Positions 1 through 13,900 are shown, numbered from the stretch's first letter. The stretch: DNA of 64,000 bases from Callorhinchus milii (GCF_018977255.1 NW_024704742.1:113338001-113402000); one strand, 5' to 3'. Program-made: numbers and translations. Notes: generated from the letters alone by a model not told the origin.

Positions 1-619
1 CATTTATGGGTGTATCTCATTAGCTCGATTATGTGCAATTGTCTTGTTGATGTACATTGTGTTCCTATTGCTAATGAACTTTGAATATTCAGTCAAGAAA
101 CCAAATGAGATCTAATAACATGCCTAATTAAACTATAGCATACAATATTTACACTGCAGTTCACTCAGTGCAATGATTCACTTGCTCCATTCGCAATGGT
201 TTAAAACCTCAGCAATTACCTCTGGCTAGATGTTAGTATCTGAGAATGCAATGCCTGCTGCACCATAATGAACTCTAATTTGCAAGGGTTACAAAAGGAT
301 TTGCAAGCAGCAAAGGCTTCAGGGCCCAATTGTACATAGAATCTACATCACTGAAAGAGGATAACCGGCCCAACTAGTCTGTGCTGGTGTTTATACTACA
401 CATAAGCCTCCTAATCCATTCTCCATAGCCTCACCCATATCCTCTATTCCATATCTCTCATGTATTGACTGGAACTCCGCTTTGATGCTAATTTCAGTTC
501 CAACTATAGTGAAGCCTCAAGATCCTTGCCTTCACCTTTTACTCCCCTGCCCGGTCTTTCCCCACCCTGCTTCTACGATCTCGTCAAACCGTATTAACCC
601 AGCCACTACCTTTCCTCAG

Positions 620-925
620 CAGGCACCTATCTGCTCCATGTCCCCTACCACCATCTCCCCCCTCCCTTCTCCATACAATCAGCAATTGAGGTTCCAGCCT
701 ATCTGCCTCCACTTTCCGGAACTTTATCCTAGAGTCTCTCTGACAATCTCTCTCCCTCACCTCTATCAAAGTCTGTCTCGAGACCTTCCTCTTTGATCAT
801 GCCTTTGGTCATCTTTCCCCTCCCCACACACCTCAGCTCCCATCCCCTGCTCGGATGCCAAGACAGGACTGTTAAGTGCCTTAGGATGTTCTCCCTTTGT
901 GAAGGACACTATATAAATGTAATTT
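620..925 (+). mobile_element. Decayed L2 3' fragment
   Basis: Pyrimidine-rich L2 3' region and tail ...gtgaaggacactatataaatg. Confidence 0.65.
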
Positions 926-1309
926 TGACCCCAACTGGGGTCAAAGCAATTCCTAAAGCCTGGCAGAAGATCAGTATCTCAATGGAACCCTTGAGAGTGA
1001 GCCTGAGACACACACAGATACCTGCACGATCTGCTAGTTATAAATCCTTTTGTGACTCTCACAAATTTGACTCTAAAATTTAATGAATTAAATTGTTACA
1101 GACAAGCAGTTATTCTCCTTCTGTTAGTAAATGTACCAACATTTAGAGGCAGGCACACATTTTTCGATTGTTAGTTTAGCAATCACATATGATAAGAAAT
1201 CTTATTTTAAATTCACACTGCCAGGGCCAGTAATGTTACTGACATATGGAGAATAACTCAAATATTGAAAAGCGAATGAGTTTGGCTAGATTTTTGTAGT
1301 ACCTGTACC

Positions 1310-2082
1310 TGTGGAGTCCTGTAGCTCAGTGGTTAGAGCAATCGCCTTGCAAGCTAGAGTACCTGGGTTCGATTCCCAGCAGGGCGAAATGTTGGCCAAG
1401 TTTCCTTACTCCACATGCTTCTGTTTACCTAGCAGTAAGTAGGAACCCGGTTGTTAGTCAATTGTAGATCATTTTTCCAGAGTTAGTCATCCCTTCAAAA
1501 AATAATAATAAATAAATAACCCACGACTGTTTGTGGGACACTGCTATGCACAATTGGCTATATGCTCTCTCTCAGAGATGTCATCGGCAGACATGGGGTA
1601 AACTTCCACATGCATGTGGATGACACCCAAATCTACTTCTCATCCTCCAGCTGCGACTCCCAGTTCACTGATGTCCTGTCAGCTTGTTTGACGAACATCA
1701 AGGCCTGGATGAGCTTAAATTTCCTGCAGTTGAGTGTCGGCAAATTGGAAGCCATACTCTTTGGCTCCCATCAACATCTTGTCTCTTGTCTCCTGTGGGT
1801 CTGAACTCCTCAACTTCCCTGGGCTCTGCCTAAGACTCACCAAAGTCTGAGGCAGCTTAGGCTTCAGCTCCCTCTCTTCCTGGCTCAGCGTCAGACTCCG
1901 GCACTGTCAAGCGCTCCAGGACGCTTCGCTACATAAAGGACACTATATAAATGCAAGTTGTTGTTGCTGTATTTTGCCCACAAAATATGCAGTCAATTTG
2001 CTTTACAGTATATTCTGTGAAGCGTTTTAAGATCTCCAAGATGTGATAAGGCCCTATATCAAATCAAAGGTTTATTATTATC
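1310..2082 (+). mobile_element. tRNA(Ala)-derived SINE, long variant, split by the L2 at 1561-1968
   Basis: Head tgtggagtcctgTAGCTCAGTGG...GGTTCGATTCC (A and B boxes). Body resumes after the L2 and ends tatatcaaat..(tta)n. Confidence 0.88.
1561..1968 (+). mobile_element. Internally deleted L2 fragment inserted in a SINE
   Basis: HGVNFHMHVDDTQIY (degenerate YADD) and IKAWMSLNFLQL, followed by an L2 tail ending (gtt)n. Confidence 0.8.
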
Positions 2083-2407
2083 AGTTTAAAGTTACTCTGC
2101 TTAAAAAAACACCTCTGTTATACACAAAGCTTTCTTTCCTGGATGTAATTGGCAGTGGTAAGAGCTCCGGTAGATTGATTGAGGGTTTAGAACTATTATC
2201 TTGCACTATCATTATAATGCTCAAATCAAAATCCCAGCTCAGCATAATTGGAAGAGACCAGCTGTTAACTAAAACGAGACAAATCTTAATGGGATTACTG
2301 TCTGGCAGTTTCCAGTTTGAAGCCCAACAGACACTGAGTGTCTAAGGCAACAAAAAATATTCCCTACTAGTACACTACTTAACAGAGAAATAAAAATGAT
2401 ATACCAT

Positions 2408-2726
2408 TGTGGAGTCCTGTAGCTCAGTGGTTAGAGCACTCGCCTTGCAAGCGAGACACCTGGGTTCAATTCCAGGCAGGGCAAAACCTTGGGCAAGTTT
2501 CCTTACTCCACACGCCTAATAATAATCCTTCCAAAATAAAACAATAACAAATTGCCCATTTTCAATCCACGACTATTTGTGGGACACTGCTGTACGCAAT
2601 TGGCTTCCGCGTTTCGCCCATAAATATATGGTCAATTCACTTTACAGACTATTCTGTGAAGCGCTTTGAGATGTCGAGAAGACATGAAAAGCGCTATATC
2701 AAATGCAAGGATTATTATTATTATTG
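2408..2726 (+). mobile_element. tRNA(Ala)-derived SINE with L2-type tail (resembles the elephant-shark SINE2 family as I recall it)
   Basis: A box TAGCTCAGTGG, TGC anticodon stem-loop CTCGC-CTTGCAA-GCGAG, B box GGTTCAATTCC, Deu-like core (tttgtgggac..tgctgt.cgcaattggct) and tail aagcgctatatcaaatgcaagga(tta)n. Confidence 0.93.
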
Positions 2727-3710
2727 TGTCCCCAGAGCGGACACATAAAATAATAAAAGCTGAATCCTAATGACACTTGCGAAGGTTCTTTTATCCATTC
2801 AACACACCTTATGACCAAATTTTACTCTGTTCTAGATATGCAAGTCATTTTTCCACTTAGTTTCTCCTTTACATAGATTGGAGGATTTTAAGAGACAGGA
2901 TCCTTTTTTTTCTTGGGTTTTCCTGAGATGGAATTCAAAACTACTAAAACAATTAACTTCTTGACCAATCTTTTTAAGTGTTTTAATCTTTATAGTATGT
3001 TTTCTGGGTTTGATTGAAATATTCTCTGTGGGTTGAAGGTAAGCAGGGTTTCACTTGGAGCTGAACTCCAGGTGATAAACTTGGCAATGGAATATCAGAA
3101 TCAAATTGAGCATCTGTGGGGGTCTCAGTAATCTGGTTCCTGAGCCAAATGGGTCCATAGTACACCAGAGCATTGCTGATGACTGACTAGTGTGGCTTTT
3201 CAGCAGGACTTGAGGGGGCAGACCAGTCACTGCGACAGGCATGTGAACTCCTGCTAACCCTGGTCAAGCAGCTAGGAGCACCTTACCCATCAGAGCTTTG
3301 GTCCAGCAGGACATTTGCTAGGCACGAATAAGAAATAATAATCTTAGATTTGGTATTGCGCCTTTCATGTTGGGAGTAAGCACTACACAGGATTTTCTGT
3401 GAAGTAGTGACTGTTTTTACTGGCCAACTCAGCAGCCACTTTGTGCATAGCAATGTCGTAGAAAACAACCGTGATGTGAATGATCCATTCTATTGGGGAT
3501 TGTTGACTAATACACCGGGAGAACATTTTTTCTCTTTCGAATAATATTATGGGATCTTTAATGTCCACTTGAACAGGCAGACCGGATCACGGTTTAATGT
3601 TTCATCCAAAGGACAGCACCTGCAACAAAGCAACACATCTCCAGCACTGCACTGGAATAACTATATGAGTTCAAGTCCCAATGTGGTCTTGAACCTACAA
3701 CCTTCTAACT

Positions 3711-4410
3711 CAACAACAACAAAATTACATTTGTATTGCACCTTTCACGTCGGGTGGACGTCCCAAGGTGCTGGACAACCAGAATTACGGACCTGAGCTG
3801 AGGTGGGGGAGGGTGGAGGGCAGGGGAGGAGATTGAAAGCGCGGTCAAAGAGGAGGGTCTTGAAGGTGGCGAGGAAGGGGGCCAGACGGAGGAACTGCGG
3901 GATGGAGTTTCAGAGGGTGGATGCAGAGTGACGGAAGGGCCACCCGCCAACAAAGGGGCGAGCAAGGTGGGGGATGTGAAGCTGGCCGGAGCCCGCTGAG
4001 CGGAGGGAGCGAACAGGGTGGTAGGGGGTTAGGAGGTCAGAGAAGTAGCGGGGAGCAAGACCGTGGAGAATTTTGAAGGTGAGGACCAGGATCTTGAACT
4101 GTATCCTCTGTGTGATGGGAAGCCAATGGAGTTGGGCAAGGATGGGGGTGATAGGGTTGCAGAGGCGGGAGAAGACACAGGCTGCATAGTTCTGGATGAT
4201 CTGCAGCCTGTGGAGGGAGCAGTTGGGGAGGCCGACAAGCAATAAGTTTGCATAGTCGAGCCTTGATGTAATGAAGGCGTGTATGAGGGCTTCGGTGGCC
4301 TGCGGTGTGAGACAGTGTCTGAGCCGGGCGACATTGCGGAGGTGGAGGAACGAAGAGCGGGTCATGGCGCAGATGTGGGGTACAAAGTTGAGGGTTAAAC
4401 AAGAGGTGAC
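3711..4410 (-). mobile_element. L2-clade LINE 3' fragment
   Basis: ORF 3910-4365 ([27 protein letters not shown]) is typical of the L2 ORF2 C-terminus. Ends in the shared tail gggacgtcc..cgacgtgaaagg...(gtt)n. Confidence 0.92.
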
Positions 4411-7111
4411 TCAGAGTTGAGAGTGCTACCAGCTTGAGCCAAGATGGCACACTATTCAAAAAGGCAAGCTAAGTGGTTTTAGTTGTTAAACTCCAGCAGT
4501 GACCCCAAACCTGTGCTCTCTCCAACCTGCATTTAATAATCTCTGGGATTGGGTAACCCCTCCGGTGAAAGAGTTCGAATTCCATTCCAGACAATCAAAA
4601 TGTCCATGCATACGTGAAGCTATCAGTATTTGGTTTGGATATTCTTGAGTATGGTAATGGGTTTCTATGTGTGTCAGACACCCAGCTGACTGAAAAAAAA
4701 CGTTCATTACCAGTTGTTGCCAGTCATTACACTTAAGAAAGTAGAATTTCACCTCTCATGTTTAATGATCCTTGGACTATTCAATATCAGGTTCAATAGC
4801 TAAAGTACGCTTGAACAGAGAGAAAGCTAGACATCATCACCTTAGAAATAGAGAATGTGATACATTCTCATATAGTAAAGGGAATTGTCTATTATAGCAT
4901 GATGACATTGGATAAAGTGAATCAAGTGATAAACTATGTTTTTATCGTTGACTGAGTAAAATTGAATGGTGTGATATTATTGGCTTAGTATCAAGGATAG
5001 CCTATTGAGAAACATAATCTATTTGAAATGGTCATAGGCCCAAACTGGCAATGAACCAAGTTACTGATATGTTTTGGATCTACACTGAGGGTCAATGTGG
5101 TATTGTGCCAATGTGTTTAAATCCTGCCCGATGTTTACTGAGTTACTCAGGCAAAGCTGCTACTGTGCATCAATTATCACAGATTTCTTACAAAATGGCA
5201 ATTACAATAATAATTTTCAGAATCCTTACATTTGATGCAGCATCTTTCATGTCACAAGGAGATTTGAAAAGGCTTCATATTATAATGTTGTGAATGACTC
5301 TATTTTGTAGGCACATTCAGCATCCACTTTGTGCACATCAAAGCCCCACAGACAGCAATGGAGTGCTGGTCCATTTTATTTGAGAATTGTTGGCCAGAGG
5401 ATCAGGAGAAATCTCTTCTCAAACAGTGGCATGGGATCTTTAATATCCACCTGAACATGCAGCACTGCATTGGAATGTCAGCCAAGACTATGAGTTCAAA
5501 TCACAAAGTTGGGTTTGAACCAACAACCCTTTGACGCAGAGGTGAGCCCTAGCAGTAAACACTTGTACAATTTCCCTTTTATACAGAACAAAGAAAGCCA
5601 CTGAGGTGCCTGCAGCATCACAAAAAGCACCAATGCCATATGCCAATTAGCATAGTGTTACCCCGCTGGCACTCATATCAGCAGGAGGTCTGTGCTATCA
5701 CATAGCCCCGTACAAGGCCTTAACAAGCTAAATTACTCTTATTTTGCTAAAGATTTGAACTCTGGCTTCCAATTTCTGGTGGGAATACTGAGAACAGCAC
5801 AAAATATGGGGGTGTTGCTCCTTGATGGTACTTCCCAACCACTAATTACAAACATCTACATTGTTGCTAAAATTAGTGAACACACGTGTGCTGGACCCTC
5901 AATCACCACAAAGGGAATTCTTGTGTAACATCTGTTCCAGTTCCAAGCATCTTCAGTCGCTCCATGTTCTTACACCATCAAACGTGCAAGGAAATGAAAG
6001 AGAGCAAACTGTGTGATTTAAGCTGCATAAAACCATTTTTTATATTTATGAATCCATTTTATACCATCTTCCACAAACTGCACTTAGAAATACATACACT
6101 GAAATCGTCCATTATTTACAGCACTGCAGCAAGGTGCTTTAATAATGTATGTGCTGTTGTGAAATACAACGTTTCATGAGATGGCTCAGATGACTGAGTA
6201 CTGTTGTATTGGAGCTTCATTACTGCAGCAAATCACATCTGCTGTACAATTATCTCTCACTGTAATTGCCAGTAGCCTCTTTAGAGCAGAACTGACCTTT
6301 TACTGGCAATGTTAGTTTAATACCTTTCACTTCTTTGATTCACGCCCAATACCCATTTTTGGTTGATAGTACTGGTTCATTTGTCAACTATTTAATGCAG
6401 TTGCACAGAAGGTGAAAGATAAAGAGACTTATGAAAGAGGAGCTGCCAAATAATTAAGCATTCATTAACACTTTGAAACACATTTTCAGTGCAACATGCA
6501 ATATAAGAGCATAGTTTTTAACATGCGCTAAATTTTTAAATAGATATCATGTAAAATGATAACAATTACATCATTTTCGAGGGCACTACGGTAATTTATT
6601 TGGTAACGTCACTCTGGGTTAGTAATTAGCATAGTGGCTGAATAAAATTATATTGTTATCAATTTTACTGACAGATTTACATTGATTGGTTTCTATTCAT
6701 AGTTTATTGTATTACAAGAGGAAACTGCAGTATTAATGTCCTCTGCACTATGTTACAGCAACCGGCTTCCTAGTTCCACCTGGGTCTATTTATTTAGCAT
6801 TTTAGAGCATCCAGAAGTTGGCAAATTTCACATTTCAAATTGTGAAACTGGTTGTCTGCAAGTTCTTTTAACTACAGAAGAACGCCTTCAAAGTTAAGAC
6901 TGATTTGCCAACAATCCCCCACAAAAAAGACAATTTTCAATGGTACACAAATAAAAATGGTTCAAATGTTCAAAGTAATCCTGTGGAGATCTTGAGAGGA
7001 ATATGTGTAGAAGACTGCCTTCACCTCTGACATAAAGTTCTGTTTCTCTAATCAATTATGTTTTTAAATGAATGTTTTTAATCAAAATTATTTTTAATTA
7101 AAAACATTTGA

Positions 7112-7565
7112 CTATTCAAAATTCTGCTGCTCGTGTCCTCTCCCATGCTAAGCTCTGTGAGCCTATCATCCCCATCCTCGCCCAACTACATTTGCTCCCC
7201 ATCCCCCAAAGGATTGAGTCCTCACTTTTAAAGCTCTCTAGGGTCTTCCCCACCTAGCTTCTGACCTTCAAAAACTTTACCAACCTGTCTCTTCCCTCCG
7301 CTTTGCAGGCACAGGCTTGCTTTCCATTCCTCGCCCTGCCCGACTCACTATCAGTGGTCGTGGTTTCTTTTGCCCCCACTCTCTTGAATTCTATCCCTAG
7401 ATCCCTTCTCCTTGATCACACCTTTGGTCATCTCCCTACCCCTCCTCCCTTGGTCTCCAACACTCCTGTATCCAACTCCCAGCTTGGATGCAAACCCTTG
7501 GTTGTCCAGCGCCTTGGGTAGTCCTTCCAAAAGACACTATATAAATGAAATTTGTAGTTGTTGTT
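7112..7565 (+). mobile_element. Decayed L2 3' fragment
   Basis: IQNSAARV and PILAQLH.LP remnants plus tail cagcgccttggg...actatataaatg. Confidence 0.8.
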
Positions 7566-8248
7566 ATCAAAAAATTAATTAAATTAGTGGTTGGTTTCTT
7601 TCTTGTCCACTTGTACTTTTCCAGCCTTTGAAACAATTTTTTTTGGGGGAAAGATGAAATCCATTTTGCTTCCCCAGCTCAACAGTAAATTTGACAGGAG
7701 TAATTTATTGATAAACTATTCACTGTATGGATATGATAATAGTGATTCTGAGAATCTCCTGCCTATAACTAGAAGCACATCAGACTACCTAAGGGAATGC
7801 TTCCATTTACTTCTGGGCACATCAGAGCATTGTTGCTGCTCTTTGGCAAGATGTACTTATGGTTGCCAATTTAATATATGACCCAGAGTTGCTATAATAA
7901 ATCCAGGTAGCAAATTGAGTATTTTCAACTGTGCTGTGCCCTTCATTCCTCATGATTGTAAGAAGATCTTGAGTGGAAAAGTTAAACCTGTTCTCTTTCC
8001 ATATTCTGATATGGTTAACAGGCAAATCCAGTTCAATTTAAGGTTGCAAATGTGGATTCACTGCAGGGAAATCATGGATGCAACCATGCAATATCTCACA
8101 CTCAGTTGTAAATGGCACCGTTGGATATTCATCTTAGTGTTTCATTGAATTGTCTTCAGAAAATAAAAACTGAGTCAGGGGGTTTGGAACTGGTTGATTG
8201 GCAAAGATTAAATGGATTACAAGATCTCACAATGTATGAGTAAGACTG

Positions 8249-9712
8249 CAATAACAACAACAACAAACAAAATGACATTTATAGTGCGCCTTTCACGTTG
8301 GGAGGATATCCCAAGGAGCTGGACAGTCAGGGGTAAGGACCCAAGCACGGGGGAGGGGTGGCGTAGGGGTTAGGGAAGGCAGAGAGATGGGAAGACAACT
8401 GAAGGCACGATCGAAGAGGAGGATCTTGAGACCGGCCTTGAAGGAGGCAAGGGATGAAGCGAGGCGAAGGGACTGTGGGATGGAGTTCCAGAGTATGGGG
8501 GCAGAGAGACTGAAAGCCCGGCCAGCGATGATAGGGCGGGTTGGGCGAGAGACATGAAGCCTGCCGGAGCCCACTGAACAGAGGGAGCGGGCAGGTTGGA
8601 AGGGAGTCAGCAGGTCAGAAAGGTAGGAGGGGGCAAGACCTTAAAAGTGAGGACGAGGATCTTGAACTCGATCCTCTGGGGGATGGGGAGCCAGTAGAGT
8701 CGGGCAAGGGTGGGAGTGATGGGGTCGCGGAGCCTGGTGAGTGAGAATACACGAGCTGCAGAGTTTTGGATGATCTGCAGCTTGTGAAGGGAAGAGTTGG
8801 GAAGGCCGATGAGGAGGGAGTTCCCATAATCAAGCCTTGAGGTGACGAATGGGTGAGTGAGGGTTTTGGCAGCCTGAGAGGTGAGGCTGTGGCGGAGCCT
8901 GGCAATGTTGTGGAGGTGGTGGTAGGCAGTGCCGGTCATGGCACGGATGTGGGTAAGAAAGGACAGTTCAGGGTCAAACAAGACACCCAGGTTCCTGACT
9001 GGCTAAGTGAGATTGAGTGTGCAGCCGTGGAGGCTGATGCTGCCAGCGCCCGAGGTGCGGAGGCGCTGGCGCGAGTCAATCAGGAGGATCTCGGTCTTGC
9101 TGATGTTCAGTTGGAGAAAGTTCTCCCTCATCCAGGACTTGATGTTGGACAGGCAGTCGATCAGGACGACAGTAATAATAATAATAATAATAATCCTTGC
9201 ATTTGATATAGCGCTTTTCACGTCGGGAGGACGTCCCAAAGCGCTTCACAGAACACACTGTAAAGTGAATTGACTGTATATTTGTGGGCGAACGCGGCAG
9301 CCAATTGCGCACAGCAATGTCCCACAAACAGTCGTAGATTGAAAATGACCAATTTAATTATTGTTTTTGGTTTTTGGAGGGATTATTATTAGGCTCTGTG
9401 TGGAGTAAGGAAACTTGTCCAAGGTTTCGCCCTCTGCCTGGAATTGAACTCAGGTCTCTCACTTGCAAAGCGAGTGCTCTAACCACTGAGCTACAGGACT
9501 CCACAATGTAACACACACAGTCACACACGGTAACACACAGTCACACACGGTAACACTTGAGGGTGAAGGCAGAGAGATAGAGTTGGGTGTCATCCGCATA
9601 CATGTGGAAATTATCCCATGTCTGCGGATGATTTCACCAAGGGGGAGCACGTAAAGGGTGAAGAGGAGGGGACTGAGGACAGAACCCTGAGGAACACCAC
9701 ATGAGACAGCCA
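8249..9712 (-). mobile_element. L2 LINE RT/3' fragment interrupted by a SINE (9173-9505)
   Basis: [13 protein letters not shown] (ORF 9459-9722), [36 protein letters not shown], then the L2 tail at ~8250-8320. Confidence 0.93.
9173..9505 (-). mobile_element. Full-length tRNA(Ala)-derived SINE
   Basis: Reverse-complement copy of 2408-2726, inserted in an L2. Confidence 0.95.
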
Positions 9713-10420
9713 ATCGAGCCATTATATTATTGTCAATCTATGTGCCATGTAGATTGACTTAAATGATGTGCGCTAAAAAGAAGAATTAAAATAAAGTGTG
9801 AAGTTTGGGAAATAACATGTCTTAAAGCTATACAAGGATTAATGTTAAAACATTATACTAATCCTCAGTGTATCAATGTTTCATTATCCTTTTACTTATA
9901 ATTGAATAAATCAATTCTGATTAGAGAGCAGCAGGAAATATTACACATCAGTTCTGTTTATAATCAACCCTCTGTGTGTTTGAGTCTGCCTTTCACTGGC
10001 ATTCAAATGTTTTGTTCTGTCTGCTTATACTTGTTTGAAATCTGCTCATACGGGGGGGGGGAAAAAAACACTTTGCTCCAAATTTGCATGTTTTAATGAA
10101 TTTACATTTCGTCTCAGATCCCTCAAATTTGAAACGAGATGTTCCCTTGACTCAGTTGTCATGTTATCGTGTTACTATCCTGTCAAAATAACACAATGTT
10201 AATGAAGTTCTAATTTTAGATCTGATTAAAAACCAAATGAATTCATCTGCACTCAGTGGTACACTCTTAAGCAGCATTAAAGCCTTGTGTAAGTGCTTTT
10301 GGGATATTTTGTTAATTAGAGCAGAGGAAAACACTGTATAATTCTTTTTTTAATCAAGTACCTATCATCCCACCTAATTTACATCTTAGATTTGGGTGTT
10401 CTACTGCTGGAACGACACAT

Positions 10421-10945
10421 ACAACAACAACAACAACAATAAGATTCCATTTATTGAGCGCCTTTCACGTCGGGAGGACGTCCCAAGGTGCTGTACAGTT
10501 GGGTCAGGACCCGAGCAGGAGGAAAGGGAGGAAGCAAGGCGAAGACAGTGGGGGATGGAGTTCCAGAGCCTAGGGGCTGAGAGGCTGAAGGCCCGGCCAT
10601 CGATGGTAGGGCGTTTGGGGCGGGGGATGTGGAGGAGACCGGAGCCAGAGGAACGGAGGGTATGGGCAGCTAGGTAGGGGGATAGTAGGTCGGAGAGGTA
10701 GGAGGGAGCGAGGCCGTGAATGGCCTTGTAGGTGAGGATGAGCATCTTGAATTCGATCCTCTGGGGGATGGGGAGCCAGTGGAGGCGAGCGAGGGTGGGA
10801 GTGATGTGGTCCCGAAGCCTGGTGCGGGACAGTACACGAGCTGCAGAGTTCTGAATGACCTGCAGCTTGTGGAGGGAGGTGCCGGGAAGGCCGGCGAGGA
10901 GAGAGTTCCCATAGTCCAGCCTTGAGGTGATAAAGGCTTATACAT
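10421..10945 (-). mobile_element. L2 LINE 3' fragment
   Basis: [29 protein letters not shown] and the L2 tail with (gtt)n. Confidence 0.9.
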
Positions 10946-13900
10946 GTGGTATAAGCCATCAACACATACATAACAGTGGAGTGAGAATCTGAGAATTCAT
11001 CCATTACAACCCAACACCAATTACCTCATGGGAATGATAGTCAACATCTTTGTGCTGATAAAAAAAATCGCTGTCAGATGAATTTCAACCAGATTTGACA
11101 ATTAAAGGTTGTTCCTAAGAGAACGTGTGTGATTTCCAAATCATCACATATGTACCGTCATTAGGCCACTCCAGGGCAAGAAGACTTAAAGGGATCGGAA
11201 ATAAAACAAAGAAAGATCTGGGTTATACCAACATTAAGGTTATGTCAGATCAAGCCCCTTGAACTGCTCTTTGATGACCAATGTAGTTATTCTGCAGTAC
11301 TATTAGGGAATAAAAAATTGTTCCCTTCAAATCCTAAGAAGTCTCAAAGTAGCATTTCATGCCTACTATATATAATATCATCATAATAATTTTTGGTCTA
11401 ATAGAGCACCTTTCATTTCTGGATGAAGTTTCAAAGCGCTTCAAGCATTCCCTTTATAATAATAATCCTCTCATTTGATATAACGCCTTTTCACGCCTTT
11501 GAGATGTCTCAAAGTGCTTCACAGAATATACTGTAAAGGGAATTAATTGACTGTATATTTTGTGGGTGGAACGTGACAGTCGTTGATTGAAGTGACCAAT
11601 TTATTATTTTTGTATTATTCCTTTTTAAAGTGTAGTGACTATGTAATACTCAACAACACTTATGGTATCACAAAAAGACTATTGCAGGTCTTTAATTCCA
11701 ATCTGTTCCGAACTTGTGACTTTGCCATTTCAATTTCATGAACTGATTTCTCTAGCTGGAAGTGTTTAGTGTAAATCTTTAGCAGACCACTGCTTCACAC
11801 TTAACAGACCACCACACAATACCAGTAGCCTGATCCAAAGCTCAGAAATATTTGAGAAAGAATGTTTTACCACTTTCTAGGGAGCTTTAATTACAACGTA
11901 TCATAAAGTGCAGGGAAATTTTCCCCCACACACACAATTTATGTACAAGTGAAGTACAGTAACTCCATTTTGCCAGAACTAACTTCTATTCAGGTTTGAA
12001 CAAAATCCACTCAGCCTGACAAAAAAAATGTATATGCATGGCTTACATACAATCTTGCTTTCTTGTTTATTATGATACCGTGGCAATAATAAGCAGGATT
12101 TTGTAATACAAAAAATCAATGGAATTCAATATGAAATGTAGAAAATGAGAGAAGAATTACCAGCAGGTGATAGATAAAGTTTGCTTGTGGGTAACTTCAC
12201 AATAATCAGAATTCAGTGCCATTATTTAATCTTCAATTTCACATGAATAGTTCGTTGAAAAAGGTGAACCTGCAAGTTAATCGCAGGCATAAATCTCTGC
12301 ACAAATAAGTCACTTACAGGTCATAGACTGTAACGGAACCCATGGTTTTAATTAAAAAATATTGTGCTGTTAACTCATGTAAATAATTCATTTTTACCAG
12401 ATCATCTATAATTATTTTCGAGCAGCGAAATGATGCTTCATAACATAACCTGTTAACCCCAGCTCAACGAAGAACTATCCTACATCTTTACACCATAAAT
12501 TTACATTTATATAGCACGTCATGTCAAAACACCCCAAAGTGCTGAACTGACCAGGGTTTGCACCTGAGCTGAGGGCAGAGGCCAGAATGATATTCAAACG
12601 TGCAGTCAAAGTTCTTGAGGTGTACCTTGAAGGAGGCAATGGAAGGGCCAAGTCAAAGGGCCAAGTCAAAGGTGGAGTCCAGAGAATGGAAGTGGAGCCA
12701 AGCTTTTAAAAGCACTTCTAACCCAAACCAAAGTTGGAGTGACTGATACTTGTAATATAACAAGATGAGAAAATCGAATATCATAATATCAATACAATTA
12801 TTTTTCTTTTGTTCAAAACACTAGTTTAGTCGATACATCTGAACCTAGTAGTGAATATTCTCACCTGTCTATAGAATCTGGTCACTATGTCCATGCAATC
12901 ATTCACCTCAGTCTGCACCGATCCTTATACTTTTCTCAACAACGTTTCAGACTTTTTAAAAAAGGATTAATAAATTCAGTATCAACTGTTTTGTCAGAAG
13001 TCTGTTTCACGTTATCCATACTCTCTGGGGAAAAGGGAGGAAAGCTTTAATTTCTTGTCCTTTTTGGGATTTTTTAAAGTTAAACCTGTCCTACTATTCT
13101 ACTTTCACATTCTGTCACGTAGTGTTTGGCAAAACTTTGGCTCTCGGAATTTGAAATTTCCAGTTTGCTTTTCCTCCAAGGAGGTTGCTTTACCTCCTTC
13201 ACTTCTGCTAATGGTTATCCCTGCAATTTGTACATGTTTACTTATTCTTGCTTCAGTATGCATTGGTCTATATTTACTCATATTGAAATCCATTTTCGCC
13301 TACAAATACAGTCATTACACTTTACAGAAGATCTTTAAGATGTTCGACAGTTCAGGCACTATATCAATTGCAAGTATTATAATTATATTATCTGCTACTC
13401 TTTTGTTTATCTGCTTAAGTGGTTCAGATTTTCCTGAATGCTATTTATCTCCCTCCTATTATTTATCTGCCCATTGTAGTATCTCCGGTAAGCTTTATGA
13501 TATTTTATAATTTTACAAAAAAATGCCTTCCACCAAGTCAATAATAAAGATTGTAAACAAAGAGTTCAATAGTCACTGCCACTCAAGTACATGGTTTTTC
13601 ATTGTTCATCACCTCTACTTCCTATTGATAAACCAATGCAATCAGTTAATTTATCATGAACTTTAACCTTCCTTAATATATTAATAAGGTAATTCTTTAA
13701 TATTAAAAATTTATATCGATCGATCATGTCAGGAGGACATCTCAAAGTGAATCACTCAGTTGATAGGGAGCCAAGCCAAGCATTACAGAGGTAGAATAAC
13801 TAATCTATAATTTCTACGTTTAAACTTCAATCATTTTCATGAAGAACTAGCAAATATTTACCACCCCCAGTCTTCATATATACCTCCAATGTTTACAGAA

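Noticed and set aside
2410..2483. tRNA-Ala(TGC)-like sequences here and at 1310, 9430, 39250, 44220, 47080 and 51270
   Set aside because: They are SINE heads: most run into the same SINE body and tail, the acceptor stem is poor, and there is no Pol III terminator after the tRNA part.
13055..13510. 151-aa hydrophobic ORF resembling a membrane protein
   Set aside because: Non-ATG start in T-rich DNA; looks like the antisense reading of a decayed CR1-type fragment.
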